Position numbers and translations under genes: made by a program. The notes below the pieces were generated by a model. That model was not told the origin of the DNA. It saw only the letters and a list, made by a program, of their open reading frames with translations, and searched no databases. Below are positions 1-15,500 of a DNA stretch of 64,000 nucleotides, in pieces. The DNA is from Nemertoderma westbladi (lineage: Eukaryota > Animalia > Xenacoelomorpha), in NCBI GenBank assembly GCA_032718475.1, contig JAUCBJ010008428.1:1-64000 (forward strand), given 5' to 3'. The first letter of the stretch is position 1; each line of letters starts with the position of its first letter.

Positions 1-179
1 CTCCCCAATAGTTCTGTACTCCTCCCCAATAGTTCCGTACTCCTCCCCAATAGTTCCGTACACTTCCCCAATAGTTCCGTAGGTTACTGATCCCCAATAG
101 TTCCGTACTCCTCCCCAATAGTTCCGTAGGCTACTGATCCCCAATAGTTCCGTACTCCTCCCCAATAGTTCCGTAGGCT

Positions 180-3100
180 ACTGATCCCCAATAGTTCCGT
201 ACTCCTCCCCAATAGTTCCGTACTCCTCCCCAATAGTTCCGTACTCCTCCCCAATAGTTCCGTAGGCTACTGATCCCCAATAGTTCCGTACTCCTCCCCA
301 ATAGTTTCGTAGGCTACTGATCCCCAATAGTTCCGTACTCCTCCCCAATAGTTCCGTACTCCTCCCCAATAGTTCCGTACTCCTCCCCAATAGTTCCGTA
401 GGCTACTGATCCCCAATAGTTCCGTACTCCTCCCCAATAGTTCCGTACTCCTCCCCAATAGTTCCGTACTCCTCCCCAATAGTTCCGTAGGCTACTGATC
501 CCCAATAGTTCCGTACTCCTCCCCAATAGTTCCGTAGGCTACTGATCCCCAATAGTACCGTACTCCTCCCCAATAGTTCCGTAGGCTACTGATCCCAAAA
601 AATTTCGTACTCCTCCCCAATAGTTCCGTACTCCTCCCCAATAGTTCCGTACTCCTCCCCAATAGTTCCGTAGGCTACTGATCCCCAATAGTTCCGTACT
701 CCTCCCCAATAGTTCCGTACTCCTCCCCAATAGTTCCGTACTCCTCCCCAATAGTTCCGTACTCCTCCCCAATAGTTCCGTAGGCTACTGATCCCCAATA
801 GTTCCGTACTCCTCCCCAATAGTTCCGTAGGCTACTGATTCCCAATAGTTCCGTACTCCTCCCCAATAGTTCCGTACTCCTCCCCAATAGTTCCGTACTC
901 CTCCCCAATAGTTCCGTACTCCTCCCCAATAGTTCCGTAGTCTACTGATCCCCAATAGTTCCGTACTTCTCCCCAATAGTTCCGTACTCCTCTCCAATAG
1001 TTCCGTACTCCTCCCCAATAGTTCCGTAGGCTACTGATCCCCAATAGTTCCGTACTCCTCCCCAATAGTTCCGTAGGCTACTGATCCCCAATAGTTCCGT
1101 ACTCTTCCCCAATAGTTCCGTAGGCAAGTGATCCCCAATAGTTCCGTACTCCTCCCAAACAGTTCCGTACTCCTCCCCAATAGTTCCGTACTCCTCCCCA
1201 ATAGTTCCGTACTCCTCCCCAATAGTTCCGTACTCCTCCCCAATAATTCCGTAGGCTACTGATCCCCAATAGTTCCGTACTCCTCCCCAATAGTTCCGTA
1301 CTCCTCCCCAATAGTTCCGTACTCCTCCCCAATAGTTCCGTAGGCTACTGATCCCCAATAGTTCCGTACTCCTCCCCAATAGTTCCGTACTCCTCCCCAA
1401 TAGTTCCTTACTCCTCCCCAATAGTTCCGTAGGCTACTGATCCCCAATAGTTCCGTACTCCTCCCCAATAGTTCCGTAGGCTACTGATCCCCAATAGTTC
1501 CGTACTCCTCCCCAATAGTTCCGTACTACTCCCCAATAGTTCCGTAGGCTACTGATCCCCAATAGTTCCGTACTCCTCCCCAATCGTTCCGTACTCCTCC
1601 CCAATAGTTCCGTAGGCTACTGATCCCCAATAGTTCCGTACTCCTCCCCAATAGTTCCGTACTCCTCCCCAATAGTTCCGTACTCCTCCCCAATAGTTCT
1701 GTACTCCTCCCCAATAGTTCCGTACTCCTCTCCAATAGTTCCGTACACCTCCCCAATAGTTCCGTAGGCTACTGATCCCCAATAGTTCCGTACTCCTCCC
1801 CAATAGTTCCGTAGGCTACTGATCCCCAATAGTTCCGTACTCCTCCCCAATAGTTCCGTACTCCTCCCCAATAGTTCCGTACTCCTCCCCAATAGTTCCG
1901 TAGGCTACTGATCCCCAATAGTTCCGTACTCCTCCCCAATAGTTCCGTACTCCTCCCCAATAGTTCCGTACTCCTCCCCAATAGTTCCGTAGGCTACTGA
2001 TCCCCAATTGTTCCGTACTCCTCCCCAATAGTTCCGTACTCCTCCCCAATAGTTCCGTACTCCTCCCCAATAGTTCCGTAGGCTACTGATCCCCAATAGT
2101 TCCGTACTCCTCCCCAATAGTTCCGTACTCCTCCCCAATAGTTCCGTAGGCTACTGATCCCCAATAGTTCCGTACTCCTCCCCAATAGTTCCGTACTCCT
2201 CCCCAATAGTTCCGTACTCCTCCCCAATAGTTCCGTACTCCTCCCCAATAGTTCCGTACTCCTCCCCAATAGTTTCGTACTCCTCCCCAATAGTTCCGTA
2301 CTCCTTCCCAATTGTTCCGTACTCCTCCCCAATAGTTCCGTACTCCTCCCCAATAGTTCCGTACTCCTCCCCAATAGTTCCGTAGGCTACTGATCCCCAA
2401 TAGTTCCGTACTCCTCCCCAATAGTTACGTAGGCTACTGATCCCCAATAGTTCCGTACTCCTCCCCAATAGTTCCGTAGGCTACTGATCCCCAATAGTAC
2501 CGTACTCCTCCCCAATAGTTCCGTAGGCTACTGATCCCAAAAATTTTCGTACTCCTCCCCAATAGTTCCGTACTCCTCCCCAATAGTTCCGTACTCCTCC
2601 CCAATAGTTCCGTAGGCTACTGATCCCCAATAGTTCCGTACTCCTCCCCAATAGTTCCGTACGCCTCCCCAATAGTTCCGTACTCCTCCCCAATAGTTCC
2701 GTACTCCTCCCCAATAGTTCCGTAGGCTACTGATCCCCAATAGTTCCGTACTCCTCCCCAATAGTTCCGTAGGCTACTGATTCCCAATAGTTCCGTACTC
2801 CTCCCCAATAGTTCCGTACTCCTCCCCAATAGTTCCGTACTCCTCCCCAATAGTTCCGTACTCCTCCCCAATAGTTCCGTAGTCTAATGATCCCCAATAG
2901 TTCCGTACTTCTCCCCAATAGTTCCGTACTCCTCTCCAATAGTTCCGTACTCCTCCCCAATAGTTCCGTAGGCTACTGATCCCCAATAGTTCCGTACTCC
3001 TCCCCAATAGTTCCGTAGGCTACTGATCCCCAATAGTTCCGTACTCCTCCCCAATAGTTCCGTAAGCTACTGATCCCCAATATTTCCGTAGGCTACTGAT

Positions 3101-6100
3101 CCCCAATAGTTAGTTCCGTACTCCTCCCCAATAGTTCCGTAGGCTACTGATCCCCAATAGTTCCGTACTCCTCCCCAATAGTTCCGTAGGCTACTGATCC
3201 CCAATAGTTCCGTACTCTTCCCCAATAGTTCCGTACTCCTCCCCAATAGTTCCGTACTCCTCCCCAATAGTTCCGTACTCCTCCCCAATAGTTCCGTACT
3301 CCTCCCCAATAATTCCGTAGGCTACTGATCCCCAATAGTTCCGTACTCCTCCCCAATAGTTCCGTACTACTCCCCAATAGTTCCGTACTCCTCCCCAATA
3401 GTTCCGTAGGCTACTGATCTCCAATAGTTCCGTACTCCTCCCCAATAGTTCCGTACTCCTCCCCAATAGTTCCTTACTCCTCCCCAATAGTTCCGTAGGC
3501 TACTGATCCCCAATAGTTCCGTACTCCTCCCCAATAGTTCCGTAGGCTACTGATCCCCAATAGTTCCGTACTCCTCCCCAATAGTTCCGTACTACTCCCC
3601 AATAGTTCCGTAGGCTACTGATCCCCAATAGTTCCGTACTCCTCTCCAATCGTTCCGTACTCCTCCCCAATAGTTCCGTAGGCTACTGATCCCCAATAGT
3701 TCCGTACTCCTCCCCAATAGTTCCGTACTCGTCCCCAATAGTTCCGTACTCCTCCCCAATAGTTCTGTACTCCTCCCCAATAGTTCCGTACTCCTCCCCA
3801 ATAGTTCCGTACACCTCCCCAATAGTTCCGTAGGTTACTGATCCCCAATAGTTCCGTACTCCTCCCCAATAGTTCCGTAGGCTACTGATCCCCAATAGTT
3901 CCGTACTCCTCCCCAATAGTTCCGTAGGCTACTGATCCCCAATAGTTCCGTACTCCTCCCCAATAGTTCCGTACTCCTCCCCAATAGTTCCGTACTCCTC
4001 CCCAATAGTTCCGTAGGCTACTGATCCCCAATAGTTCCGTACTCCTCCCCAATAGTTCCGTACTCCTCCCCAATAGTTTCGTAGGCTACTGATCCCCAAT
4101 AGTTCCGTACTCCTCCCCAATAGTTCCGTACTCCTCCCCAATAGTTCCGTACTCCTCCCCAATAGTTCCGTAGGCTACTGATCCCCAATAGTTCCGTACT
4201 CCTCCCCAATAGTCCCGTACTCCTCCCCAATAGTTCCGTACTCCTCCCCAATAGTTCCGTAGGCTACTGATCCCCAATAGTTCCGTACTCCTCCCCAATA
4301 GTTCCGTAGGCTACTGATCCCCAATAGTACCGTACTCCTCCCCAATAGTTCCGTAGGCTACTGATCCCAAAAATTTTCGTACTCCTCCCCAATAGTTCCG
4401 TACTCCTCCCCAATAGTTCCGTACTCCTCCCCAATAGTTCCGTAGGCTACTGATCCCCAATAGTTCCGTACTCCTCCCCAATAGTTCCGTACTCCTCCCC
4501 AATAGTTCCGTACTCCTCCCCAATAGTTCCGTACTCCTCCCCAATAGTTCCGTAGGCTACTGATCCCCAATAGTTCCGTACTCCTCCCCAATAGTTCCGT
4601 AGGCTACTGATTCCCAATAGTTCCGTACTCCTCCCCAATAGTTCCGTACTCCTCCCCAATAGTTCCGTACTCCTCCCCAATAGTTCCGTACTCCTCCCCA
4701 ATAGTTCCGTAGTCTACTGATCCCCAATAGTTCCGTACTTCTCCCCAATAGTTCCGTACTCCTCTCCAATAGTTCCGTACTCCTCCCCAATAGTTCCGTA
4801 GGCTACTGATCCCCAATAGTTCCGTACTCCTCCCCAATAGTTCCGTAGGCTACTGATCCCCAATAGTTCCGTACTCTTCCCCAATAGTTCCGTAGGCAAG
4901 TGATCCCCAATAGTTCCGTACTCCTCCCAAACAGTTCCGTACTCCTCCCCAATAGTTCCGTACTCCTCCCCAATAGTTCCGTACTCCTCCCCAATAGTTC
5001 CGTACTCCTCCCCAATAATTCCGTAGGCTACTGATCCCCAATAGTTCCGTACTCCTCCCCAATTGTTCCGTACTCCTCCCCAATAGTTCCGTACTCCTCC
5101 CCAATAGTTCCGTAGGCTACTGATCCCCAATAGTTCCGTACTCCTCCCCAATAGTTCCGTACTCCTCCCCAATAGTTCCTTACTCCTCCCCAATAGTTCC
5201 GTAGGCTACTGATCCCCAATAGTTCCGTACTCCTCCCCAATAGTTCCGTAGGCTACTGATCCCCAATAGTTCCGTACTCCTCCCCAATAGTTCCGTACTA
5301 CTCCCCAATAGTTCCGTAGGCTACTGATCCCCAATAGTTCCGTACTCCTCCCCAATCGTTCCGTACTCCTCCCCAATAGTTCCGTAGGCTACTGATCCCC
5401 AATAGTTCCGTACTCCTCCCCAATAGTTCCGTACTCCTCCCCAATAGTTCCGTACTAATCCCCAATAGTTCTGTACTCCTCCCCAATAGTTCCGTACTCC
5501 TCTCCAATAGTTCCGTACACCTCCCCAATAGTTCCGTAGGCTACTGATCCCCAATAGTTCCGTACTCCTCCCCAATAGTTCCGTAGGCTACTGATCCCCA
5601 ATAGTTCCGTACTCCTCCCCAATAGTTCCGTACTCCTCCCCAATAGTTCCGTACTCCTCCCCAATAGTTCCGTAGGCTACTGATCCCCAATAGTTCCGTA
5701 CTCCTCCCCAATAGTTCCGTACTCCTCCCCAATAGTTCCGTACTCCTCCCCAATAGTTCCGTAGGCTACTGATCCCCAATAGTTCCGTACTCCTCCCCAA
5801 TAGTTCCGTACTCCTCCCCAATAGTTTCGTAGGCTACTGATCCCCAATAGTTCCGTACTCCTCCCCAATAGTTCCGTAGGCTTACTGATCCCCAATAGTT
5901 CCGTACTCCTCCCCAATAGTTCCGTACGCTACTGATCCCCAATAGTACCGTACTCCTCCCCAATAGTTCCGTAGGCTACTGATCCCAAAAATTTTCGTAC
6001 TCCTCCCCAATAGTTCCGTACTCCTCCCCAATAGTTCCGTACTCCTCCCCAATAGTTCCGTAGGCTACTGATCCCCAATAGTTCCGTACTCCTCCCCAAT

Positions 6101-6560
6101 AGTTCCGTACTCCTCCCCAATAGTTCCGTACTCCTCCCCAATAGTTCCGTACTCCTCCCCAATAGTTCCGTACTCCTCCCCAATAGTTCCGTACTCCTCC
6201 CCAATAGTTCCGTACTCCTCCCCAATAGTTCCGTAGGCTACTGATCCCCAATAGTTCCGTACTCCTCCCCAATAGTTCCGTAGGCTACTGATTCCCAATA
6301 GTTCCGTACTCCTCCCCAATAGTTCCGTACTCCTCCCCAATAGTTCCGTACTCCTCCCCAATAGTTCCGTAGGCTACTGATCCCCAATAGTTCCGTACTC
6401 CTCCCCAATAGTTCCGTACTCCTCCCCAATAGTTCCGTAGTCTACTGATCCCCAATAGTTCCGTACTTCTCCCAAATAGTTCCGTACTCCACTCCAATAG
6501 TTCCGTACTCCTCCCCAATAGTTCCGTAGGCTACTGATCCCCAATAGTTCCGTACTCCTC
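180..6560. repeat. Higher-order repeat of about 1.6-1.9 kb, alternate copies offset 3772 bp
   Basis: Marker GATCCCAAAAATTTTCGT (or a one-base variant) at 591, 2533, 4363 and 5981. Marker TAGGCAAGTG at 1121 and 4893 (offset 3772). ORF-track translations repeat at the same offset (942/4714, 1769/5541). Confidence 0.85.
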
Positions 6561-9500
6561 CCCAATAGTTCCGTAGGCTACTGATCCCCAATAGTTCCGT
6601 ACTCCTCCCCAATAGTTCCGTAGGCTACTGATCCCCAATAGTTCCGTAGGCTACTGATCCCCAATAGTTCCGTACTCCTCCCCAATAGTTCCGTAGGCTA
6701 CTGATCCCCAATAGTTCCGTACTCCTCCCCAATAGTTCCGTAGGCTACTGATCCCCAATAGTTCCGTACTCCTCCCCAATAGTTCCGTAGGCTACTGATC
6801 CCCAATAGTTCCGTAGGCTACTGATCCCCAATAGTTCCGTACTCCTCTCCAATAGTTCCGTAGGCTACTGATCCCCAATAGTTCCGTACTTCTCCCCAAT
6901 AGTTCCGTACTCCTCCCCAATAGTTCCGTAGGCTACTGATCCCCAATAGTTCCGTACTCCTCCCCAATAGTTCCGTAGGCTACTGATCCCCAATAGTTCC
7001 GTACTCCTCCCCAATAGTTCCGTAGGCTACTGATCCCCAATAGTTCCGTACTCCTCCCCAATAGTTCCGTAGGCTACTGATCCCCAATAGTTCCGTACTC
7101 CTCCCCAATAGTTCCGTACTCCTCCCCAATAGTTCCGTACTCCTCCCCAATAGTTCCGTACTCCTCCCCAATAGTTCCGTACTCCTCCCCAATAGTTCCG
7201 TACTCCTCCCCAATAGTTCCGTAGGCTACTGATCCCCAATAGTTCCGTACTCCTCCCCAATAGTTCCGTACTCCTCCCCAATAGTTCCGTACTCCTCCCC
7301 AATAGTTCCGTAGGCTACTGATCCCCAATAGTTCCGTACTCCTCCCCAATAGTTCCGTACTCCTCCCCAATAGTTCCGTACTCCTCCCCAATAGTTCCGT
7401 ACTCCTCCCCAATAGTTCCGTACTCCTCCCCAATAGTTCCGTAGGCTACTGATCCCCAATAGTTCCGTACTCCTCCCCAATAGTTCCGTACTCCTCCCCA
7501 ATAGTTCCGTACTCCTCCCCAATAGTTCCGTAGGCTACTGATCCCCAATAGTTCCGTACTCCTCCCCAATAGTTCCGTACTCCTCCCCAATAGTTCCGTA
7601 GGCTACTGATCCCCAATAGTTCCGTACTCCTCCCCAATAGTTCCGTACTCCTCCCCAATAGTTCCGTACTCCTCCCCAATAGTTCCGTAGGCTACTGATC
7701 CCCAATAGTTCCGTAGGCTACTGATCCCCAATAGTTCCGTACTCCTCCCCAATAGTTCCGTAGGCTACTGATCCCCAATAGTTCCGTTCTCCTCCCCAAT
7801 AGTTCCGTAGGCTACTGATCCCCAATAGTTCCGTACTCCTCCCCAATAGTTCCGTACTCCTCCCCAATAGTTCCGTACTCCTCCCCAATAGTTCCGTAGG
7901 CTACTGATCCCCAATAGTTCCGTACTCCTCCCCAATAGTTCCGTACTCCTCCCCAATAGTTCCGTAGGCTACTAATCCCCAATAGTTCCGTACTCCTCCC
8001 CAATAGTTCCGTACTCCTCCCCAATAGTTCCGTACTCCTCCCCAATAGTTCCGTAGGCTACTGATCCCCAATAGTTCCGTACTCCTCCCCAATAGTTCCG
8101 TAGGCTACTGATCCCCAATAGTTCCGTACTCCTCCCCAATAGTTCCGTACTCCTCCCCAATAGTTCCGTAGGCTACTGATCCCCAATAGTTCCGTACTCC
8201 TCCCCAATAGTACCGTACTCCTCCCCAATAGTTCCGTAGGCTACTGATCCCAAAAATTTTCGTACTCCTCCCCAATAGTTCCGTACTCCTCCCCAATAGT
8301 TCCGTACTCCTCCCCAATAGTTCCGTACTCCTCCCCAATAGTTCCGTAGGCTACTGATCCCAAAAATTTTCGTACTCCTCCCCAATAGTTCCGTACTCCT
8401 CCCCAATAGTTCCGTACTCCTCCCCAATAGTTCCGTAGGCTACTGATCCCCAATAGTTCCGTACTCCTCCCCAATAGTTCCGTACTCCTCCCCAATAGTT
8501 CCGTAGGCTACTGATCCCCAATAGTTCCGTACTCCTCCCCAATAGTACCGTACTCCTCCCCAATAGTTCCGTAGGCTACTGATCCCAAAAATTTTCGTAC
8601 TCCTCCCCAATAGTTCCGTACTCCTCCCCAATAGTTCCGTACTCCTCCCCAATAGTTCCGTAGGCTACTGATCCCAAAAATTTTCGTACTCCTCCCCAAT
8701 AGTTCCGTACTCCTCCCCAATAGTTCCGTACTCCTCCCCAATAGTTCCGTACTCCTCCCCAATAGTTCCGAAGGCTACTGATCCCAAAAATTTTCGTACT
8801 CCTCCCCAATAGTTCCGTACTCCTCCCCAATAGTTCCGTACTCCTCCCCAATAGTTCCGTAGGCTACTGATCCCCAATAGTTCCGTACTCCTCCCCAATA
8901 GTTCCGTACTCCTCCCCAATAGTTCCGTACTCCTCCCCAATAGTTCCGTACTCCTCCCCAATAGTTCCGTAGGCTACTGATCCCCAATAGTTCCGTACTC
9001 CTCCCCAATAGTTCCGTAGGCTACTGATTCCCAATAGTTCCGTACTCCTCCCCAATAGTTCCGTACTCCTCCCCAATAGTTCCGTACTCCTCCCCAATAG
9101 TTCCGTACTCCTCCCCAATAGTTCCGTAGTCTACTGATCCCCAATAGTTCCGTACTTCTCCCCAATAGTTCCGTACTCCTCTCCAATAGTTCCGTACTCC
9201 TCCCCAATAGTTCCGTAGGCTACTGATCCCCAATAGTTCCGTACTCCTCCCCAATAGTTCCGTAGTCTACTGATCCCCAATAGTTCCGTACTCCTCCCCA
9301 ATAGTTCCGTACTCCTCCCCAATAGTTCCGTACTCCTCCCCAATAGTTCCGTAGTCTACAGATCCCCAATAGTTCCGTACTTCTCCCCAATAGTTCCGTA
9401 CTCCTCTCCAATAGTTCCGTACTCCTCCCCAATAGTTCCGTAGGCTACTGATCCCCAATAGTTCCGTACTCCTCCCCAATAGTTCCGTAGGCTACTGATC

Positions 9501-9599
9501 CCCAATAGTTCCGTACTCCTCCCCAATAGTTCCGTACTCCTCCCCAATAGTTCCGTACTCCTCCCCTATAGTTCCGTACTCCTCCCCAATAGTTCCGTA

Positions 9600-12500
9600 G
9601 GCTACTGATCCCCAATAGTTCCGTAGGCTACTGATCCCCAATAGTTAGTTCCGTACTCCTCCCCAATAGTTCCGTAGGCTACTGATCCCCAATAGTTCCG
9701 TACTCCTCCCCAATAGTTCCGTACTCCTCCCCAATAGTTCCGTAGGCTACTGATCCCCAATAGTTCCGTACTCTTCCCCAATAGTTCCGTAGGCTACTGA
9801 ACCCCAATAGTTCCGTACTCCTCCCAAACAGTTCCGTACTCCTCCCCAATAGTTCCGTACTCCTCCCCAATAGTTCCGTACTCCTCCCCAATAGTTCCGT
9901 ACTCCTCCCCAATAATTCCGTAGGCTACTGATCCCCAATAGTTCCGTACTCCTCCCCAATAGTTCCGTACTCCTCCCCAATAGTTCCGTACTCCTCCCCA
10001 ATAGTTCCGTAGGCTACTGATCCCCAATAGTTCCGTACTCCTCCCCAATAGTTCCGTACTCCTCCCTAATAGTTCCTTACTCCTCCCCAATAGTTCCGTA
10101 GGCTACTGATCCCCAATAGTTCCGTACTCCTCCCCAATAGTTCCGTAGGCTACTGATCCCCAATAGTTCCGTACTCCTCCCCAATAGTTCCGTACTACTC
10201 CCCAATAGTTCCGTAGGCTACTGATCCCCAATAGTTCCGTACTCCTCCCCAATCGTTCCGTACTCCTCCCCAATAGTTCCGTAGGCTACTGATCCCCAAT
10301 AGTTCCGTAGGCTACTGATCCCCAATAGTTCCGTACTCCTCCTCAATAGTTCCGTACTCCTCCCCAATAGTTCCGTAGTCTACTGATCCCCAATAGTTCC
10401 GTACTTCTCCCCAATAGTTCCGTACTCCTCTCCAATAGTTCCGTACTCCTCCCCAATAGTTCCGTAGGCTACTGATCCCCAATAGTTCCGTAGGCTACTG
10501 ATCCCCAATAGTTCCGTACTCCTCCCCAATAGTTCCGTAGGCTACTGATCCCCAATAGTTCCGTACTCCTCCCCAATAGTTCCGTAGGCTACTGATCCCC
10601 AATAGTTCCGTACATCTCCCCAATAGTTCCGTACTCCTCTCCAATAGTTCCGTAGGCTACTGATCCCCAATAGTTCCGTACTCCTCCCCAATAGTTCCGT
10701 AGGCTACTGATCCCCAATAGTTCCGTACATCTCCCCAATAGTTCCGTACTCCTCCCCAATAGTTCCGTAGGCTACTGATCCCCAATAGTTCCGTACTCCT
10801 CCCCAATAGTTCCGTAGGCTACTGATCCCCAATAGTTCCGTACATCTCCCCAATAGTTCCGTACTCCTCCCCAATAGTTCCGTAGGCTACTGATCCCCAA
10901 TAGTTCCGTACTCCTCCCCAATAGTTCCGTAGGCTACTGATCCCCAATAGTTCCGTACATCTCCCCAATAGTTCCGTACTCCTCTCCAATAGTTCCGTAC
11001 TCCTCCCCAATAGTTCCGTAGGCTACTGATCCCCAATAGTTCCGTACTCCTCCCCAATAGTTCCGTAGGCTACTGATCCCCAATAGTTCCGTACTCCTCC
11101 CCAATAGTTCCGTAGGCTACTGATCCCCAATAGTTCCGTAGGCTACTGATCCCCAATAGTTCCGTAGGCTACTGATCCCCAATAGTTCCGTACTCCTCCC
11201 CAATAGTTCCGTAGGCTACTGATCCCCAATAGTTCCGTAGGCTACTGATCCCCAATAGTTCCGTAGGCTACTGATCCCCAATAGTTCCGTACTCCTCCCC
11301 AATAGTTCCGTAGGCTACTGATCCCCAATAGTTCCGTACTCCTCCCCAATAGTTCCGTACTCCTCCCCAATAGTTCCGTAGGCTACTGATCCCCAATAGT
11401 TCCGTACTCCTCCCCAATAGTTCCGTACTCCTCCCCAATAGTTCCGTAGGCTACTGATCCCCAATAGTTCCGTACTCCTCCCCCAATAGTTCCGTAGGCT
11501 ACTGATCCCCAATAGTTCCGCAGGCTACTGATCCCCAATAGTTCCGTACTCCTCCTCAATAGATCCGTACTTCTCCCCAATAGTTCCGTGCTCCTCCCCA
11601 ATAGTTCCGTAGGCTACAGATCCCCAATAGATCCGTACTCCTCCCCAATAGTTCTGTACTCCTCCCCAATTGTTCCGTACTCCACCCCAATAGTTCCGTA
11701 CTCCTCCCCAATAGTTCCGTACTCCTCCCCAATAGTTCCGTAGGCTACTGATCCCCAATAGTTCCGTACTCCTCCCCAATAATTCCGTACTCCTCCCCAA
11801 TAGTTCCGTACTCATCCCCAATAGTTCCGTAGGCTACTGATCCCCAATAGTTCCGTACTCCTCCCCAATAGTTCCGTACTCCTCCCAAATAGTTCCGTAC
11901 TCCTTCCCAATAGTTCCGTACTCCTCCCCAATAGTTCCGTAGGCTACTGATCCCCAATAGTTCCGTACTCCTCCCCAATAGTTCCGTACTCCTCCCCAAT
12001 AGTTCCGTACTCCTCCCCAATAGTTCCGTACTACTCCCCAATAGTTCCGTAGGCTACTGATCCCCAATAGTTCCGTACTCCTCCCCAATTGTTCCGTAGG
12101 CTACTGATCCCCAATAGTTCCGTACTCCTCCCCAATAGTTCCGTAGGCTACTGATCCCCAATAGTTCCGTACTCCTCCCCAATAGTTCCGTAGGCTACTG
12201 ATCCCCAATAGTTCCGTACTCCTCCGCAATAGTTCCGTACTCCTCCCCAATAGTTCCGAACTCCTCCCCAATAGTTCCGTACTCCTCCCTAATAGTTCCG
12301 TACTCATCCCCAATAGTTCCGTACTCCTCCCCAATAGTTCCGTAGGCTACTGATCCCCAATAGTTCCGTACTCCTCCCCAATAGTTCCGTGGGCTACAGA
12401 TCCCCAATAGTTCCATACTCCTCCCCAATAGTTCCGTACTCCTCCCCAATAGTTCCGTACTCCTCCCCAATAGTTGCGTACTCCTCCCTAATAGTTCCGT

Positions 12501-15500
12501 ACTCCTCCCCAATAGTTCCGTAATCCTCCCCAATAGTTCCGTACTCCTCCCCAATAGTACCGTAGGCTACTGATCCCCAATAGTTCCGTACTCCTCCCCA
12601 ATAGTTCCGTAGGCTACTGATCCCCAATAGTTCCGTTCTCCTCCCCAATAGTTCCGTACTCCTCCCCAATAGTTCCGTACTCCTCCCCAATAGTTCCGTA
12701 CTCCTCCCCAATAGTTCCGTAGGCTACTGATCCCCAATAGTTCCGTACTCCTCCCCAATAGTTCCGTAGGCTACTGATCCCCAATAGTTCCGTACTCCTC
12801 CCCAATAGTTCCGTAGGCTACTGATCCCCAATAGTTCCGTACTCCTCCCCAATAGTTCCGTACTCCTCCCCAATAGTTCCGTAGGCTACTGATCCCCAAT
12901 AGTTCCGTACTCCTCCCCAATAGTTCCGTAGGCTACTGATCCCCAATAGTTCCGTACTCCTCCCCAATAGTTCCGTACTCCTCCCCAATAGTTCCGTACT
13001 CCTCCCCAATAGTTCCGTACTCCTCCCCAATAGTTCCGTAGTCTACTGATCCCCAATAGTTCCGTACTTCTCCCCAATAGTTCCGTACTCCTCTCCAATA
13101 GTTCCGTACTCCTCCCCAATAGTTCCGTAGGCTACTGATCCCCAATAGTTCCGTACTCCTCCCCAATAGTTCCGTAGGCTACTGATCCCCAATAGTTCCG
13201 TACTCCTCCCCAATAGTTCCGTACTCCTCCCCAATAGTTCCTTACTCCTCCCCAATAGTTCCGTAGGCTACTGATCCCCAATAGTTCCGTACTCCTCCCC
13301 AATAGTTCCGTAGGCTACTGATCCCCAATAGTTCCGTACTCCTCCCCAATAGTTCCGTAGGCTACTGATCCCCAATAGTTCCGTACTCCTCCCCAATAGT
13401 TCCGTAGGCTACTGATCCCCAATAGTTCCGTAGGCTACTGATCCCCAATAGTTCCGTACTCCTCCCCAATAGTTCCGTAGGCTACTGATCCCCAATAGTT
13501 CCGTAGGCTACTGATCCCCAATAGTTAGTTCCGTACTCCTCCCCAATAGTTCCGTAGGCTACTGATCCCCAATAGTTCCGTACTCCTCCCCAATAGTTCC
13601 GTACTCCTCCCCAATAGTTCCGTAGGCTACTGATCCCCAATAGTTCCGTACTCTTCCCCAATAGTTCCGTAGGCTACTGAACCCCAATAGTTCCGTACTC
13701 CTCCCAAACAGTTCCGTACTCCTCCCCAATAGTTCCGTACTCCTCCCCAATAGTTCCGTACTCCTCCCCAATAGTTCCGTACTCCTCCCCAATAATTCCG
13801 TAGGCTACTGATCCCCAATAGTTCCGTACTCCTCCCCAATAGTTCCGTACTCCTCCCCAATAGTTCCGTACTCCTCCCCAATAGTTCCGTAGGCTACTGA
13901 TCCCCAATAGTTCCGTACTCCTCCCCAATAGTTCCGTACTCCTCCCCAATAGTTCCTTACTCCTCCCCAATAGTTCCGTAGGCTACTGATCCCCAATAGT
14001 TCCGTACTCCTCCCCAATAGTTCCGTAGGCTACTGATCCCCAATAGTTCCGTACTCCTCCCCAATAGTTCCGTACTACTCCCCAATAGTTCCGTAGGCTA
14101 CTGATCCCCAATAGTTCCGTACTCCTCCCCAATCGTTCCGTACTCCTCCCCAATAGTTCCGTAGGCTACTGATCCCCAATAGTTCCGTAGGCTACTGATC
14201 CCCAATAGTTCCGTACTCCTCCCCAATAGTTCCGTACTCCTCCCCAATAGTTCCGTAGTCTACTGATCCCCAATAGTTCCGTACTTCTCCCCAATAGTTC
14301 CGTACTCCTCTCCAATAGTTCCGTACTCCTCCCCAATAGTTCCGTAGGCTACTGATCCCCAATAGTTCCGTAGGCTACTGATCCCCAATAGTTCCGTACT
14401 CCTCCCCAATAGTTCCGTAGGCTACTGATCCCCAATAGTTCCGTACTCCTCCCCAATAGTTCCGTAGGCTACTGATCCCCAATAGTTCCGTACATCTCCC
14501 CAATAGTTCCGTACTCCTCTCCAATAGTTCCGTAGGCTACTGATCCCCAATAGTTCCGTACTCCTCCCCAATAGTTCCGTAGGCTACTGATCCCCAATAG
14601 TTCCGTACATCTCCCCAATAGTTCCGTACTCCTCCCCAATAGTTCCGTAGGCTACTGATCCCCAATAGTTCCGTACTCCTCCCCAATAGTTCCGTAGGCT
14701 ACTGATCCCCAATAGTTCCGTACATCTCCCCAATAGTTCCGTACTCCTCCCCAATAGTTCCGTAGGCTACTGATCCCCAATAGTTCCGTACTCCTCCCCA
14801 ATAGTTCCGTAGGCTACTGATCCCCAATAGTTCCGTACATCTCCCCAATAGTTCCGTACTCCTCTCCAATAGTTCCGTACTCCTCCCCAATAGTTCCGTA
14901 GGCTACTGATCCCCAATAGTTCCGTACTCCTCCCCAATAGTTCCGTAGGCTACTGATCCCCAATAGTTCCGTACTCCTCCCCAATAGTTCCGTAGGCTAC
15001 TGATCCCCAATAGTTCCGTAGGCTACTGATCCCCAATAGTTCCGTAGGCTACTGATCCCCAATAGTTCCGTACTCCTCCCCAATAGTTCCGTAGGCTACT
15101 GATCCCCAATAGTTCCGTAGGCTACTGATCCCCAATAGTTCCGTAGGCTACTGATCCCCAATAGTTCCGTACTCCTCCCCAATAGTTCCGTAGGCTACTG
15201 ATCCCCAATAGTTCCGTACTCCTCCCCAATAGTTCCGTACTCCTCCCCAATAGTTCCGTAGGCTACTGATCCCCAATAGTTCCGTACTCCTCCCCAATAG
15301 TTCCGTACTCCTCCCCAATAGTTCCGTAGGCTACTGATCCCCAATAGTTCCGTACTCCTCCCCCAATAGTTCCGTAGGCTACTGATCCCCAATAGTTCCG
15401 CAGGCTACTGATCCCCAATAGTTCCGTACTCCTCCTCAATAGATCCGTACTTCTCCCCAATAGTTCCGTGCTCCTCCCCAATAGTTCCGTAGGCTACAGA